This document shows positions 20,401 through 27,188 of a stretch of 64,000 bases of DNA, in pieces. Location of the stretch: positions 1,024,001-1,088,000 of the forward strand of contig CAWGHO010000003.1 of assembly GCA_963822445.1 (NCBI GenBank), read 5' to 3'. The stretch comes from an uncultured Acidobacteriota bacterium. Its GTDB lineage: Bacteria; Acidobacteriota; Thermoanaerobaculia; Gp7-AA8. The notes below the pieces were generated by a model. It saw only the letters and a list, made by a program, of their open reading frames with translations, had not been told where the DNA came from and ran no database searches. The number at the start of each line of letters is the position of its first letter. Within the stretch, counting starts at the first letter, position 1. Made by a program: the position numbers and the translations under genes.

Positions 20401-21577
20401 TGACGGGTGCGGCGTGACCGCCGTCGTGTACGTAGTCCCATCGGCGCTTGGTCAGCGGGTTTCCATCCGAGATGGTGCGGCTCTTGATCCCGGGGTCGGA
20501 CGTCCAGTCGGCGCAGGTCAGTTTTCCGGGGTGCACATATTCCTGATACTCGTAAACGGTGCTGCCACCGGTCGGCAGCACCATGCTGGCCATCGCGCCG
20601 AGCCGCGCCGGATTGGCGCCGGTCGGATCCGGATCGCTGTAGTAATTGAATTGAAAGCTGGAGCCATCCGGTTGCGCGACACTCGTCAGCATCGGCAGCG
20701 AAACGCGATCCTCTCCCAGCATGAGCCGCACCGACATGGTCGTATACGAGAAGTCGTACAGAGTCTTGGCGCCGCCGAAACCCATGTAGTCGATGTAGTC
20801 GACGATCGACCCGCGATCGACGCCCTCGTTGAGGTCCTCGTCGACTGCGTAGTGAATGACGTGCTCGGTAGCGGTCGAGTCGAGAATCGTCTGTTTCAGG
20901 ACACGGCGGTCGTCGTTCGCTTCGTCGTACTCGTAAGTGAATGTCACCCAGCTCCCGAAGCGATCGGAGATCTTCTTCAGACGATAGGCGTTGCGCTCCC
21001 ACTCGAAGCGGTGCCTTTCTCCTGAGGGAAACTCGACGTCATAGCTGGCTTTGGGACTGGCCGGAACCTTGACCAGCCGCAGTGCGGACGCATCCATCGA
21101 GACCATCACGTCTTCGGTGCCGTAAAAGCCATGCTCGTCGCCTGCGGCGCTCTCGTATACGAAGGCCTCGCGAGTCGATGTCGTCCTGGGAATGATGGTC
21201 GGGTCCGACGGCGGAAGGAGGCGACCGAACGTGAGGCGCCAACCCAGACCGGCGTTCGATCGGCGATTCGGCAACGACTCCGTGCAATACGGAACTCCCC
21301 ACGGCGCTGGAACGCAGCCTTCGACCGCTTCGTGATCCCACACCTTGCCGTTGTAGATGACCTGCATCTGGTACGACAGCGTCTTGCTGACCTGCTTCCG
21401 TGGCCCGATCGGCACGGTGAGCATCAGGTTTCCGTTGAACAGATTGACGGAGTCGATCTCCGAGTAGTCGTAGAGCTTTCCGGGCTGGAATCCGAGCTCC
21501 AGGTCCGGCCCTTTCTGTGCGACGGCCGGAACGGCCAGAGCGAGGATCAGTGCGGCGAGGGCGATCCGCTTTTTCAC
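11486..21577 (-). CDS. Giant secreted protein (3363 aa): YD/Rhs shell + FN3/Ig/BACON + FG-GAP + MBG-like repeats
   Basis: Signal peptide; SVNLFNGNL, GLGWRL and many YD repeats to about aa 1240; BACON-like CEWTVTDDQDWL; five DxxxDxxxDLVW blades; nine W..PAPI.YG..LS..QLNA repeats; two MBG_2-like domains. Confidence 0.93.
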   Translation of the reverse strand: MKKRIALAALILALAVPAVAQKGPDLELGFQPGKLYDYSEIDSVNLFNGNLMLTVPIGPRKQVSKTLSYQMQVIYNGKVWDHEAVEGCVPAPWGVPYCTESLPNRRSNAGLGWRLTFGRLLPPSDPTIIPRTTSTREAFVYESAAGDEHGFYGTEDVMVSMDASALRLVKVPASPKASYDVEFPSGERHRFEWERNAYRLKKISDRFGSWVTFTYEYDEANDDRRVLKQTILDSTATEHVIHYAVDEDLNEGVDRGSIVDYIDYMGFGGAKTLYDFSYTTMSVRLMLGEDRVSLPMLTSVAQPDGSSFQFNYYSDPDPTGANPARLGAMASMVLPTGGSTVYEYQEYVHPGKLTCADWTSDPGIKSRTISDGNPLTKRRWDYVHDGGHAAPVTFPDPLANYCCSLVSPIGASSALPHYWFRTSVLSPEEGVGSAKFRTRSDHYFDTYSFDFYFDTSFGECPPRVPFPGDEPRPVDPWAVEGRMAFGYPGTIVTSSPAVRKGPLGPRVLGDAEYAADADGRRLTTEVYSGCTTAGDCTNGKLERSTHTKYENHPLSVDRSAYPLVYGTDRAQQLQSSKTVFHEQDDAGCDGDCYIATDHFDDNGAGVYGKVVQSSNFPDAESKTTITKYDKWEHDDLFIKSKVWITGLFTERNVSKGTETRRQLACFNATTGFLERTRLLVDSTKPSKNDLLTVYEPSTLGDIEFVKNFGGDKQNTLPETHDCSTGITSLGQPWYQVETHYLTPVEGSSTEFYTGGFPVWSKYYKREDGTELAFKSLDLWVDVFTGVVVKKKDTAGVTTTYDYEAKPVRLKSVKPAGGATASYEYENSTASRNAHVIETVTGPSGVIATNTYEYDGLGRVKRSSKTLPNGKVAVVQNDYDALGRAASVTQPIELAQHPFSDVSGDATDVTYDAFNRQKTVRAPDLTTTTFEYSGIRRKTRAQGVATSLGGSENVVVTEFYDAQGRLESVIQRSGPGGSPVTTDYTYNIDDRLIEVSTTAEVASASEDVTQTRTFTYDERGFLEKESHPETQDPDQAGIEYTTYEDYDARGHAWKRTIGGVTTDYTFDSAERLVEVAGPSGPLKKFVFEVDGADDGKLRKAIRYNRLSSPGNGNIEVTESYIYGATGKVDTRKTLVERAAYDGQNNRTATTIQEFDYGVTYDENLLPDTIRMPRCTYSVCAVDDGLFSVTNNRTAGRLTEVEGFATLTYHPSGMVEKVQHQALDDPTDTYSARNGIPRPSKITFTGCTNTDPYFDAGFVRAKVNPTACGIEVSWPAAMLCGAASTIKYRVLRDGVNISGSSCITGTKFLDTTAVKGNTYTYTVVAEGPEVEGGMGVCQRGLTEELVGKPFKFESCDGDTQLVAANVWASIGRKARFSAKLSSANGPLVDEDLTFSVLGTPIGTAKTGPTGEAVLEYTLDLAQATHKDGVTVSYAGGLFPAETDTADITIICDFMSYTVVPSFMNVGAAGGIFAVAVNTSNRCSWEPMNPSGFLSNRVGPIVKKQGYGEFNVDVPALGGSGQRSDNVWVDFDYNTKNIPVEQGSDCTFRFSTSPVFIPYKFAFDGSVNVIAPAECEWTVTDDQDWLDLISWSGKGNGIVSFRADVNNGKQRMATLSINGGVETARVNQEAPPPVVCPTMVSDLEDGGTVRNGQNVSLRIHVEGTYLNYRWYANGRKIRDCPNDDCSALTLAPGDAGYPDDGETVTYVATVDNEWCEGVVSKSVTFRNAGSSCSVPLITNSFPWGLNQAPGDHLIFGHSSEIKLWANASGTWQWYRGKAGDESDPISAADGGNTDTATVRPHGMTFYWAKVTNSCGSQISRTAAAFFYQQPRQRRRSVSKSFNGDVVADLVWHNTVTGANEIWTLDAKGNRLQTFGLPVNTKPGMRLQSVGDIDDSERPDLVWRDPETGANEVWRMSGTTPIQPPQPIELRKDGPWTIGGVADLDDDYNDDIVWHNEATGENEIWFMDGADREGTWALPANSGQGWGLHGADDFSGDGRPDLFFHNRNTGENSIWVMNDAKQGPQITPQGDKMGRSPLRRLEAAIKPLATTLDPNWMPAVIGNFDGDSLGRPDIVWRNVVTGEHKVWVMSGLYIDPDPEKAVTIDKREDLNWQIGGGGSTVAGPSGTGTDPRTATSIAVVADPPTVGTAVAVTATLAAGSTPLAQRELVFALNGSEFARLRTDATGLVQAAKSVAGIAAGTYPNAITVRFDGDTTHNASSSTTNLVVTAAPATVTWTDPAPIGYGTPLSAAQLNATADVPGTFVYTPPAGTILNAGYQTLGVTFTPADATLAPITKNALLIVQKALSSVTWASPEAIKYGAPLGSAQLNATSNLAGEFTYDPEPGTLLAVGNAQTLRVTFEPESPNHSLSTATTTIDVGKGEQIIRWSDPATMPFGDALTAAQLNAAVITSGPAPAGALTYTPPAGTLLPEGTHELKVSAAGTDHYNSATATVDVVVARSSALVTWNNPAPIVYGTPLSSTQLNATTNVPGTFAYTPPAGTILSAGTERLAVVFTPADSRYQPATAFVTIEITKATPVATWSAPAPIVYGSPLSATQLNATTSIPGQFAYTPKLGSVLDAGRHELTAKLIPGDVRNYESVTLKVFLDVAKAEQIITWPQPAPIVYGTPLSSTQLAATVTVVGPSPAGAVTYSPAAGTVLQAGAGQALSVSVAATPNYNAAGKTVTLDVLKATPVLTWPQPAPIVYKALLGATQLNATANVPGTLIYTPPAGTLLEAGLHTLTASFTPTDTGNYNDASTTTTLEVQKADPVLAWSKPAEIVYGTALSSTQLNATADVPGTFDYTPAAGTILDAGTGHTLSAHFTPSDTRNYNEGDIATTIDVAKAPQTIVWTAPVPIVYGTALSATQLNAAVQVVGPAAHGALTYTPPAGTVLDAGGQVLSVAVAETPNYLPASASVTLDVLRAPLSLVVDAKSKLYGAPVPALTGVLTGVVNNDPIAPSYATTATHESVTGTYPITATLVDPNNRLVNYDVTITPSTLTVLPAPLTIAANPASKQYSDPLPQLTATFTGFVLGETPAVLTGVLSIQTTAERLSPPGTYPITIGGLTSSNYAITYVGSTFTVTAEDARVLITSPAFIGGARSGLTSVTLAATVRDISVTAEANGDVDAGDIRTATLTFVDRSTDTVLCTAPIGLLVATDERTGVATCTFTRDFGTTLPALLTVGARVGGHYTRDAAAEDLAMTIATPTEDSLNGGGSAGVASAAGPYAPQTATSLRFNVNLQYDKDAVLKGKLTFAFTRTEGEVARSYELTAAPVSMSIRRTAAGGLATIVGTATLRDVTDSTAPAVIVDGAPLVVTATDAGEPSVNDAVSVVLLKRDGGIWLATGWDGLRAVEQRVGQGNVQVVGKK
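12830..14900 (-). repeat. Nine tandem 75-85 aa MBG-like coding repeats in (A-A-B)x3 order
   Basis: Recurring gagctgcgtcg/ccgtagacgatcggc motifs; every third unit begins QIIxW or QTIVW and has a GPxxxGA insertion; boundaries approximate. Confidence 0.85.
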
Positions 21578-22215
21578 TTGCCCACCTCGCCCAGGAAGAC
21601 GTCGAGATGTCCGAGATCGACGGCTACGACCACGTCGCCGGCCTTGAGATGCTTCGGCGCCTTTTCCTTCCCTTCCTCGAGCGGCTTGGCGTCCTCGAAG
21701 GCCATCGAAAGGCGGCCGTTGGCCTCCTTGTCGCGATCGGCGCTTCCTCCTTCACGTCCCCGAAGAGTCCACGCTCCTTTTTCCGGACGAACGACGAGGA
21801 GCATCAGGCGGAGGATCCGCTTCTCCAGCGTCGCGATCTGGTCGTCGGCGTCCTTGCGGAGCATTGGTGCGAGCGGCGCGACGTAAAGCGGAAAGCCCTC
21901 CCGCGCGCCCGTGGCCACGGCTCCGGTCTTGTAGTCGACCGCGATCCATACCGAGACGTACGGCACCGGGCCGGGCAAAGAGACCACGCCGTCGCCGTCG
22001 TCGTCGCGGAGAAGCCGCGGCCGCGAGTCGTTCACGCCCTGCCCGTTGCGCACGTATTTGGCGTACGAGAAGAGCACAACGTCACCACCGGGTGTGAGGT
22101 TGGAGACCCGCACGCTGTCTTCGCCGACTTGCAGCGCCAGAGGTGCGCTCTGGGCGAGTGCCGCAGGAGCGAGTGCAATGAGGACGAGGAGGGAGAAGAA
22201 GGACAGAGTCCGCAT
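21574..22215 (-). CDS. Secreted hypothetical protein coupled to the giant Rhs gene
   Basis: Signal peptide (...APAALAQ); DDDGDG acidic loop; GTGA overlap with the giant gene start. Confidence 0.85.
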   Translation of the reverse strand: MRTLSFFSLLVLIALAPAALAQSAPLALQVGEDSVRVSNLTPGGDVVLFSYAKYVRNGQGVNDSRPRLLRDDDGDGVVSLPGPVPYVSVWIAVDYKTGAVATGAREGFPLYVAPLAPMLRKDADDQIATLEKRILRLMLLVVRPEKGAWTLRGREGGSADRDKEANGRLSMAFEDAKPLEEGKEKAPKHLKAGDVVVAVDLGHLDVFLGEVGK

Positions 22216-22495
22216 AGATCGATTCTCGAATCGTGAAGAGATGGCAATTGCGGAGCTGAGCGCGCGCCGGAACGGCGGGCGAGGATCAGCGACACGAACG
22301 GCCGCGCTCTGATTTAGTTGTTGCCTGCTGACGGAAGGACCGGCGCGGAGGAAATCATGCGTGACTGTTAGCGGTCAAGAATTATTACCGGACCGGCCGG
22401 TCAGTATTGGCAGGGCTGTCGAGCGTCTTCTTCCTTGTGTGCATCGTGTGTCCGAGGTAGCCTCGGCGCGGGACTTCCGCTGGGTCGTCAACACC

Positions 22496-24013
22496 ATGCT
22501 TTCCAAAGTATGGAGCGCGGCCACCCTCGGAATTGAAGCAGTACGGATCGTCATCGAAGTCGACGCGCGGGTTGCCCAGCAGCCCGGATTCACGCTGGTC
22601 GGCTTACCGGACCCGGTCGTGCGCGAGTCGTACTCGCGCGTGCGTTCGGCGCTCGCCAATTGCGGGCTGTATGTCCCGTGTCGGTTCATCACCGTCAACC
22701 TCTCGCCGGCCGACGTGCGCAAGGAGGGTTCTGGTTTCGACCTGCCCATCGCCATCGGCATCCTGCACGCGCTGGAAGTGCTGCGGGACGAGCACGTCGC
22801 TGACCGCGTGTTCGTCGGCGAGCTGTCGCTCGATGGAACGCTGACTCCCGTTCGCGGAACGCTGTCGATTTCCGCGGCGCTCGCAGGCGATCGGGGAACG
22901 CGCGAGTTGATCGTGCCCGCGCCGAATGCGAATGAAGCGGCGGCCGTGCAGAAGATGTGCGTCATCGGTGCGCCGCATCTGCTAGCGCTTCTGCAACATT
23001 TGCGCGGTGAGGTCGCGATCGAGCCGGCGATCTCGACATCGAATGGCGGACCGGCGGTGGAAGGGGCGGACTTCTCTGAAGTTCGCGGCCAGGCTCAGGC
23101 CAAGCGCGCGCTGGAAGTCGCGGCGGCCGGCGGGCACAACGTGATGATGATCGGCCCGCCGGGCTCGGGAAAGACGATGCTGGCCAAGCGGCTCTCGACG
23201 ATTCTGCCGCGGCTCACGCTGGAGGAAGCGATCGTCACGACGAAGATCCACTCCGTTGCCGGCGTGCTTCCGCGCGAGAGCGGGCTGCTCGTCCGGCGAC
23301 CGTTTCGCGCGCCGCATCACACGATCTCCACGGCAGGACTGGCGGGAGGAGGCACGCCGGTGCGACCGGGCGAGGTGAGTCTCGCGCATCACGGCGTGTT
23401 GTTCCTCGACGAGTTGCCGGAGTTTCGCCGCGAGACGCTCGAAGTGATGCGCCAGCCAATGGAGGACGGCGCGGTAACGATTGCCCGCGCCGCGCGAACG
23501 GTGACGTTCCCGGCGCGCTTCACGCTCGCCGGCGCGTTGAATCCATGCCCGTGTGGATTTTTCAACGACGGCCGCCGCGAATGCATCTGTTCGCAACAGC
23601 AGATCTCGCGTTACCTGGCGAAGATCTCCGGCCCGCTCCTCGATCGGATCGATCTGCAGGTGGAAGTCGCGGCGTTGACGAGCGAAGAGATCGCGTCCGT
23701 CGAGCCGGGCGAGCCATCCGCGGCGATCCGCGAGCGCGTCGAAGCCGCGCGACAGATTCAGCGCGCGCGCTTCCGCCGCTGCAACGCGGACATGACTTCG
23801 CGCGATCTGCGCAAGTACTGCGAGCTCGATCCACGATCGAGAAAGTTGCTGATTTCCGCTATCGATCGGCTGGGCCTTTCGGCCCGCGCGTACGACCGGA
23901 TCCTGAAAGTGTCGCGAACAATTGCTGATCTTTCCGGGGTGGAGCGGATCGAGTCCGGCCATGTGGCTGAGGCCGTTCAGTACCGGGCGCTGGATCGCGC
24001 GTACTTTCGTTAG
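22496..24013 (+). CDS. comM: YifB/ComM family Mg-chelatase-like AAA+ ATPase
   Basis: VGLPD..VRES, NLSPADVRKEGSGFDLPIA, GPPGSGKT, FRAPHHTIS, GVLFLDELPEF, NPCPCG, ISGPLLDRID. Confidence 0.95.
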   Translation: MLSKVWSAATLGIEAVRIVIEVDARVAQQPGFTLVGLPDPVVRESYSRVRSALANCGLYVPCRFITVNLSPADVRKEGSGFDLPIAIGILHALEVLRDEHVADRVFVGELSLDGTLTPVRGTLSISAALAGDRGTRELIVPAPNANEAAAVQKMCVIGAPHLLALLQHLRGEVAIEPAISTSNGGPAVEGADFSEVRGQAQAKRALEVAAAGGHNVMMIGPPGSGKTMLAKRLSTILPRLTLEEAIVTTKIHSVAGVLPRESGLLVRRPFRAPHHTISTAGLAGGGTPVRPGEVSLAHHGVLFLDELPEFRRETLEVMRQPMEDGAVTIARAARTVTFPARFTLAGALNPCPCGFFNDGRRECICSQQQISRYLAKISGPLLDRIDLQVEVAALTSEEIASVEPGEPSAAIRERVEAARQIQRARFRRCNADMTSRDLRKYCELDPRSRKLLISAIDRLGLSARAYDRILKVSRTIADLSGVERIESGHVAEAVQYRALDRAYFR

Positions 24014-24149
24014 TAGCAATGATTTCAACAACTTAGGAGGAATCAGCACGCGTCTTGCGACGGGCCATTCGGGCGGCGATTTCAAGTTACTTGGAGAATA
24101 CAGACGCCGTTCGTGACGTTTTCCGAACGCGAAACAGTGCAATTAATGG

Positions 24150-24177
24150 TTGACAAAAAGGTTCCGGATTTTATGAT
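24150..24177 (+). promoter_or_regulatory. Near-consensus sigma-70 promoter
   Basis: TTGACA-16 nt-TATGAT in an AT-rich intergenic region upstream of 24225. Confidence 0.7.
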
Positions 24178-24224
24178 CGTGTCCTGTACACCTGGTGGGT
24201 CCGTGAAGGGTGAGGAGTCGGTCT

Positions 24225-24605
24225 ATGGCTTTTGAGAAGTGGGAGCCGCAACCCGAGTTCGAGCGATTTCCTGCTTCAGCGACGATCGTTCAGTCGCGCT
24301 TGATTCGACTTCCATCGCCCGTGGCCAACATGCTCAGGCTTCGGGGCAAGGTCAGCGCGAACCTCTACTACGACAAGAAACGCAAGGTCATCGGCATCAA
24401 GCCCCTCGACCGCAAGGAAGAAGGGGCGGCCAAGATCAGGCAGTCCGACAAGTCGACGTCCATCCACGTGCCTGCGTTCTTCCGCACGTACGACATCGAG
24501 GTTCCGGGCATCAAGCGCTTCCACTGCTGGTACGACGAGAAGGAGCGCATGGCCATGATCGACATTTCCCGGCCGTCGCCCCGCGGACGTCCGGCCGGGA
24601 CCTGA
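24225..24605 (+). CDS. Basic hypothetical protein, possibly AbrB-like DNA-binding, with AT-hook-like tail
   Basis: GAGGAG RBS; IRLPSPVANMLRL..LYYD..VIGIKP pattern; C-terminal PRGRP. Confidence 0.8.
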   Translation: MAFEKWEPQPEFERFPASATIVQSRLIRLPSPVANMLRLRGKVSANLYYDKKRKVIGIKPLDRKEEGAAKIRQSDKSTSIHVPAFFRTYDIEVPGIKRFHCWYDEKERMAMIDISRPSPRGRPAGT

Positions 24606-24614
24606 GCCCGCGCG

Positions 24615-25163
24615 CTACGCGGGCGCCGCGGCCGGTGTTCCGTCCTCCGGCTTCTTCCGCAGAATCCCCGCCGAGATCAGGGTCACGAGCAACCCGAGCG
24701 GGAACACCTCCAGGAACGTGATCCCCACGTTCAGGAACGGGTTTTTGTACCACTGCTTGAAGGACTCCATCTGCTTCTCGGTCGCGGCGATCTTCTCCGG
24801 AGGCGCGCCTTCCTTGCGCATCCGATCGAGCGTGAGCGCGGCGTACTTGTCCCCGAAGTCGGGGATGAAGCCCCAGTACACGATCTCCCAGCCGATCACG
24901 TAGACCGCGCAGGTGACGAGGGTGATCAGGATGCCCACCTTGAACGCGCGTCCGAAGGTGATGGCGCCGCCGGTCTTCTCGCGGTAGTGGCGGATGCCCA
25001 GGAACACGGCCAGGAACGACAGGAACATCGCCGAGTAGCCGATCCACTCGCTGTTCGAGAAATCGATCGTGCCGTTGAAGCACAGCGGCAGCAGGATCGC
25101 CGTCAGCGCGGCGAGGATCCCCCCCGAAATCAGTCCAAAGGTCAGTACGGTTCGTTTCAACAT
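24615..25163 (-). CDS. DUF4199-family membrane protein
   Basis: GIRHYREKTGGAITFGRAFKVG, FIPDFGDKY; four TM segments. Confidence 0.85.
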   Translation of the reverse strand: MLKRTVLTFGLISGGILAALTAILLPLCFNGTIDFSNSEWIGYSAMFLSFLAVFLGIRHYREKTGGAITFGRAFKVGILITLVTCAVYVIGWEIVYWGFIPDFGDKYAALTLDRMRKEGAPPEKIAATEKQMESFKQWYKNPFLNVGITFLEVFPLGLLVTLISAGILRKKPEDGTPAAAPA

Positions 25164-25254
25164 TTCTTTCCTCCGTTTCTGGCCGCAAGGTAGAGCCGCG
25201 GGTGGCCCGTCGTCGGCCTACTTTCGGGTGATTTCGGGTCAACGAAAGTATGAA

Positions 25255-25698
25255 TCAGGGGATGAGGCCCAGTTCCTTGCCCTTTTGAATGGCCTGGAAC
25301 CGGCGATTCACGCTCATCTTCTCGAACAGCCTCGAGGAATGGGTCTTGACGGTGTTCTCCGACACGAACAGCCGCTCGCCGATCTCCCGGTTGCTCAGCC
25401 CTTCGGCGATCAGGCCGAGGATCTCGTGCTCGCGCGGGGTGATGCCGAGCTCCTTCAGCTTTTCGGCGTTCAGCGAAAACGGACCGCTGTCCGAAACCCG
25501 CACTTCCTTCACCACCGTGATTTCCTTCGGCCGGGTGAGCTTCAGGCCGACGTAGATGCCGACCGCGGTGAAGATCAGCGCGACCAGGCCGCCGTAGATC
25601 TCGGTGGTGTAGGCCCGCACGAAATACTGGTACTCGATGAACTTGAGCACCGCGATGCCAATGCCGCCGATCGCGCCGTAGAGGAGTGCCCGTTTCAA
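25255..25698 (-). CDS. LuxR-type HTH regulator with N-terminal TM helices
   Basis: ITPREHEILGLIAEGLSNREIGERLFVSENTVKTH; TTG start inferred. Confidence 0.9.
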   Translation of the reverse strand: MKRALLYGAIGGIGIAVLKFIEYQYFVRAYTTEIYGGLVALIFTAVGIYVGLKLTRPKEITVVKEVRVSDSGPFSLNAEKLKELGITPREHEILGLIAEGLSNREIGERLFVSENTVKTHSSRLFEKMSVNRRFQAIQKGKELGLIP

Positions 25699-25723
25699 GT
25701 GGGGGTCAGTGTAGTGGGGATGC

Positions 25724-25747
25724 GGGGCGGGCGGAGGCCCGCCCCAC
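25724..25747 (-). repeat. REP-like hairpin
   Basis: GTGGGGCGGGC-CTCC-GCCCGCCCC just after the GDSL stop codon. Confidence 0.6.
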
Positions 25748-25752
25748 ATTCA

Positions 25753-27177
25753 TCAATGCCGGCGAATCTTGCTGACGTTCGGCTTCGTGGCCCACATCGA
25801 CAGAATCTGCTTCGCCGCGGCATCGGTCAGGACGAAGTTGTCGGTGTTGATGACCAGCTGTCCGTCCATGGTCTCCGGGAAGAACGCGCCGTTGTTCGCG
25901 AAGAGCTGCGTGATCGACGCGAGCGGGATCTCCGTGTCGTATCCGGCGTTGATCGCCTTGATGTACTCGTTCGCGAAGAGCAGGTAGCCGAGATCGGTGA
26001 GATGGAAGCCGTCGAGGCTGAAGAAGCCGCCGCTGATGTACGAGCTGGTCACGCGGATCGGTCCGAGCTGCATGCCGCCGGCGCCGGTCAGCGGATTGAC
26101 GAAGACGCGATCGAACAAACCCTTGATATCCGCGACCGGGATGTTCCGAGCCGTCGCCGCTTCGGTGATGTGCCTGTTGTAATCGGTGACGCGCGTGACG
26201 ACGGCCGCCAGCTCGCTCGGCGTCAGCACGACTGACGCGGGAAGCGGCTTGCCGGAGTTCGGAAGAGCGCTGAACGGCGGCACCGGCGGGAATCCATATC
26301 CTGACTGAAGAAGACCTTGCGCGGTCAGCAGGACAGCGCTTCCAGGCGGAAGCTGCCCGACGCCCGTCCCGGTGTCGTACAGGTAGTAGATCGGCTGGCC
26401 GCTGACGAGAATGGGCTGACGCGTTGCCGGATCGACGATGAACGGCGGAATGGTCCCGACCAGCGGTGCGACGAACGGATTTGTCGGAAGCGTTCCGACG
26501 ACCATGCCCGCGGCGGGCGCCCCCGCGATCAGCTTGTCGAGGATCATCTCGTAGCGCGCTCGGAAATCCGTAGCGGAGGTCATCCCCTGATCGGTGCCGG
26601 AGAGCACGGAGCCGAGGAAGTCGTTGCCGCCGATCCACATGGCGATGAACGTCGGCCGCTGCGCCACTGCCTGATCGAGAGCGGTGCCGCCGAGGTTGCG
26701 CAGGATGAAGCGGCCGAAGCTGACCGGCGTCGGCTCGTTCGCGGCCTGCGGCTCACCGCCGGTGATCGTGAGCAACGCGCCGAGGGTCGCGCCGGGGATG
26801 CCGAGATTGTTGTAGGGGCGGCCGAAGGTCAGCATCAGCGGCTGGCCGCTTCCGGATGCGTTGCTGATCGTCGGGGCGAGGCTGGTCAACACCATCTCCG
26901 GTCCGATGCCGGGATACGAAACGAGCGGCTGTGCGAAGCAGGGATCGGTGATGACCGCGTTCGCGGGGCAGAGGTTGAGGCCGACCTGTTTGGCCAGAAT
27001 CGCCGACCAGCTCCAGACCTGATGGCGCTCGTTGAGCGAGTTGCTGTGGACGCCCGCGGCGTAGCTGTCGCCGAGGGTGACCAGCTTCGAAAAGTCCGCG
27101 TTACCGCGCGCGGCGAACACCGGAACTGCGACGAGGACTGCGATCAGTACTGCCGCTGCGAATTTGAGGTTCTTCAT
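25753..27177 (-). CDS. Secreted SGNH/GDSL hydrolase
   Basis: Signal peptide; LGDSYAAG, NNLGIPGA, WIGGNDFL, FFSLDGFHL. Confidence 0.9.
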   Translation of the reverse strand: MKNLKFAAAVLIAVLVAVPVFAARGNADFSKLVTLGDSYAAGVHSNSLNERHQVWSWSAILAKQVGLNLCPANAVITDPCFAQPLVSYPGIGPEMVLTSLAPTISNASGSGQPLMLTFGRPYNNLGIPGATLGALLTITGGEPQAANEPTPVSFGRFILRNLGGTALDQAVAQRPTFIAMWIGGNDFLGSVLSGTDQGMTSATDFRARYEMILDKLIAGAPAAGMVVGTLPTNPFVAPLVGTIPPFIVDPATRQPILVSGQPIYYLYDTGTGVGQLPPGSAVLLTAQGLLQSGYGFPPVPPFSALPNSGKPLPASVVLTPSELAAVVTRVTDYNRHITEAATARNIPVADIKGLFDRVFVNPLTGAGGMQLGPIRVTSSYISGGFFSLDGFHLTDLGYLLFANEYIKAINAGYDTEIPLASITQLFANNGAFFPETMDGQLVINTDNFVLTDAAAKQILSMWATKPNVSKIRRH

Positions 27178-27188
27178 GGCGGGTCTCC

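Noticed and set aside
9945-21025. Long + strand ORFs (9945-12023, 11528-13702, 14942-16141, 16184-19639, 20252-21025)
   Set aside because: Antisense shadows of the Rhs genes, expected in high-GC DNA; no recognisable motifs
9906-21577. Rhs locus as a T6SS effector, Tc holotoxin or diversity-generating retroelement target
   Set aside because: No PAAR, VgrG, Hcp, TcA or reverse transcriptase in the window, and the proteins carry Sec-type signal peptides
22496-24140. comM as an integration site of a mobile element
   Set aside because: Gene is intact; no integrase, att duplication or cargo seen in the window
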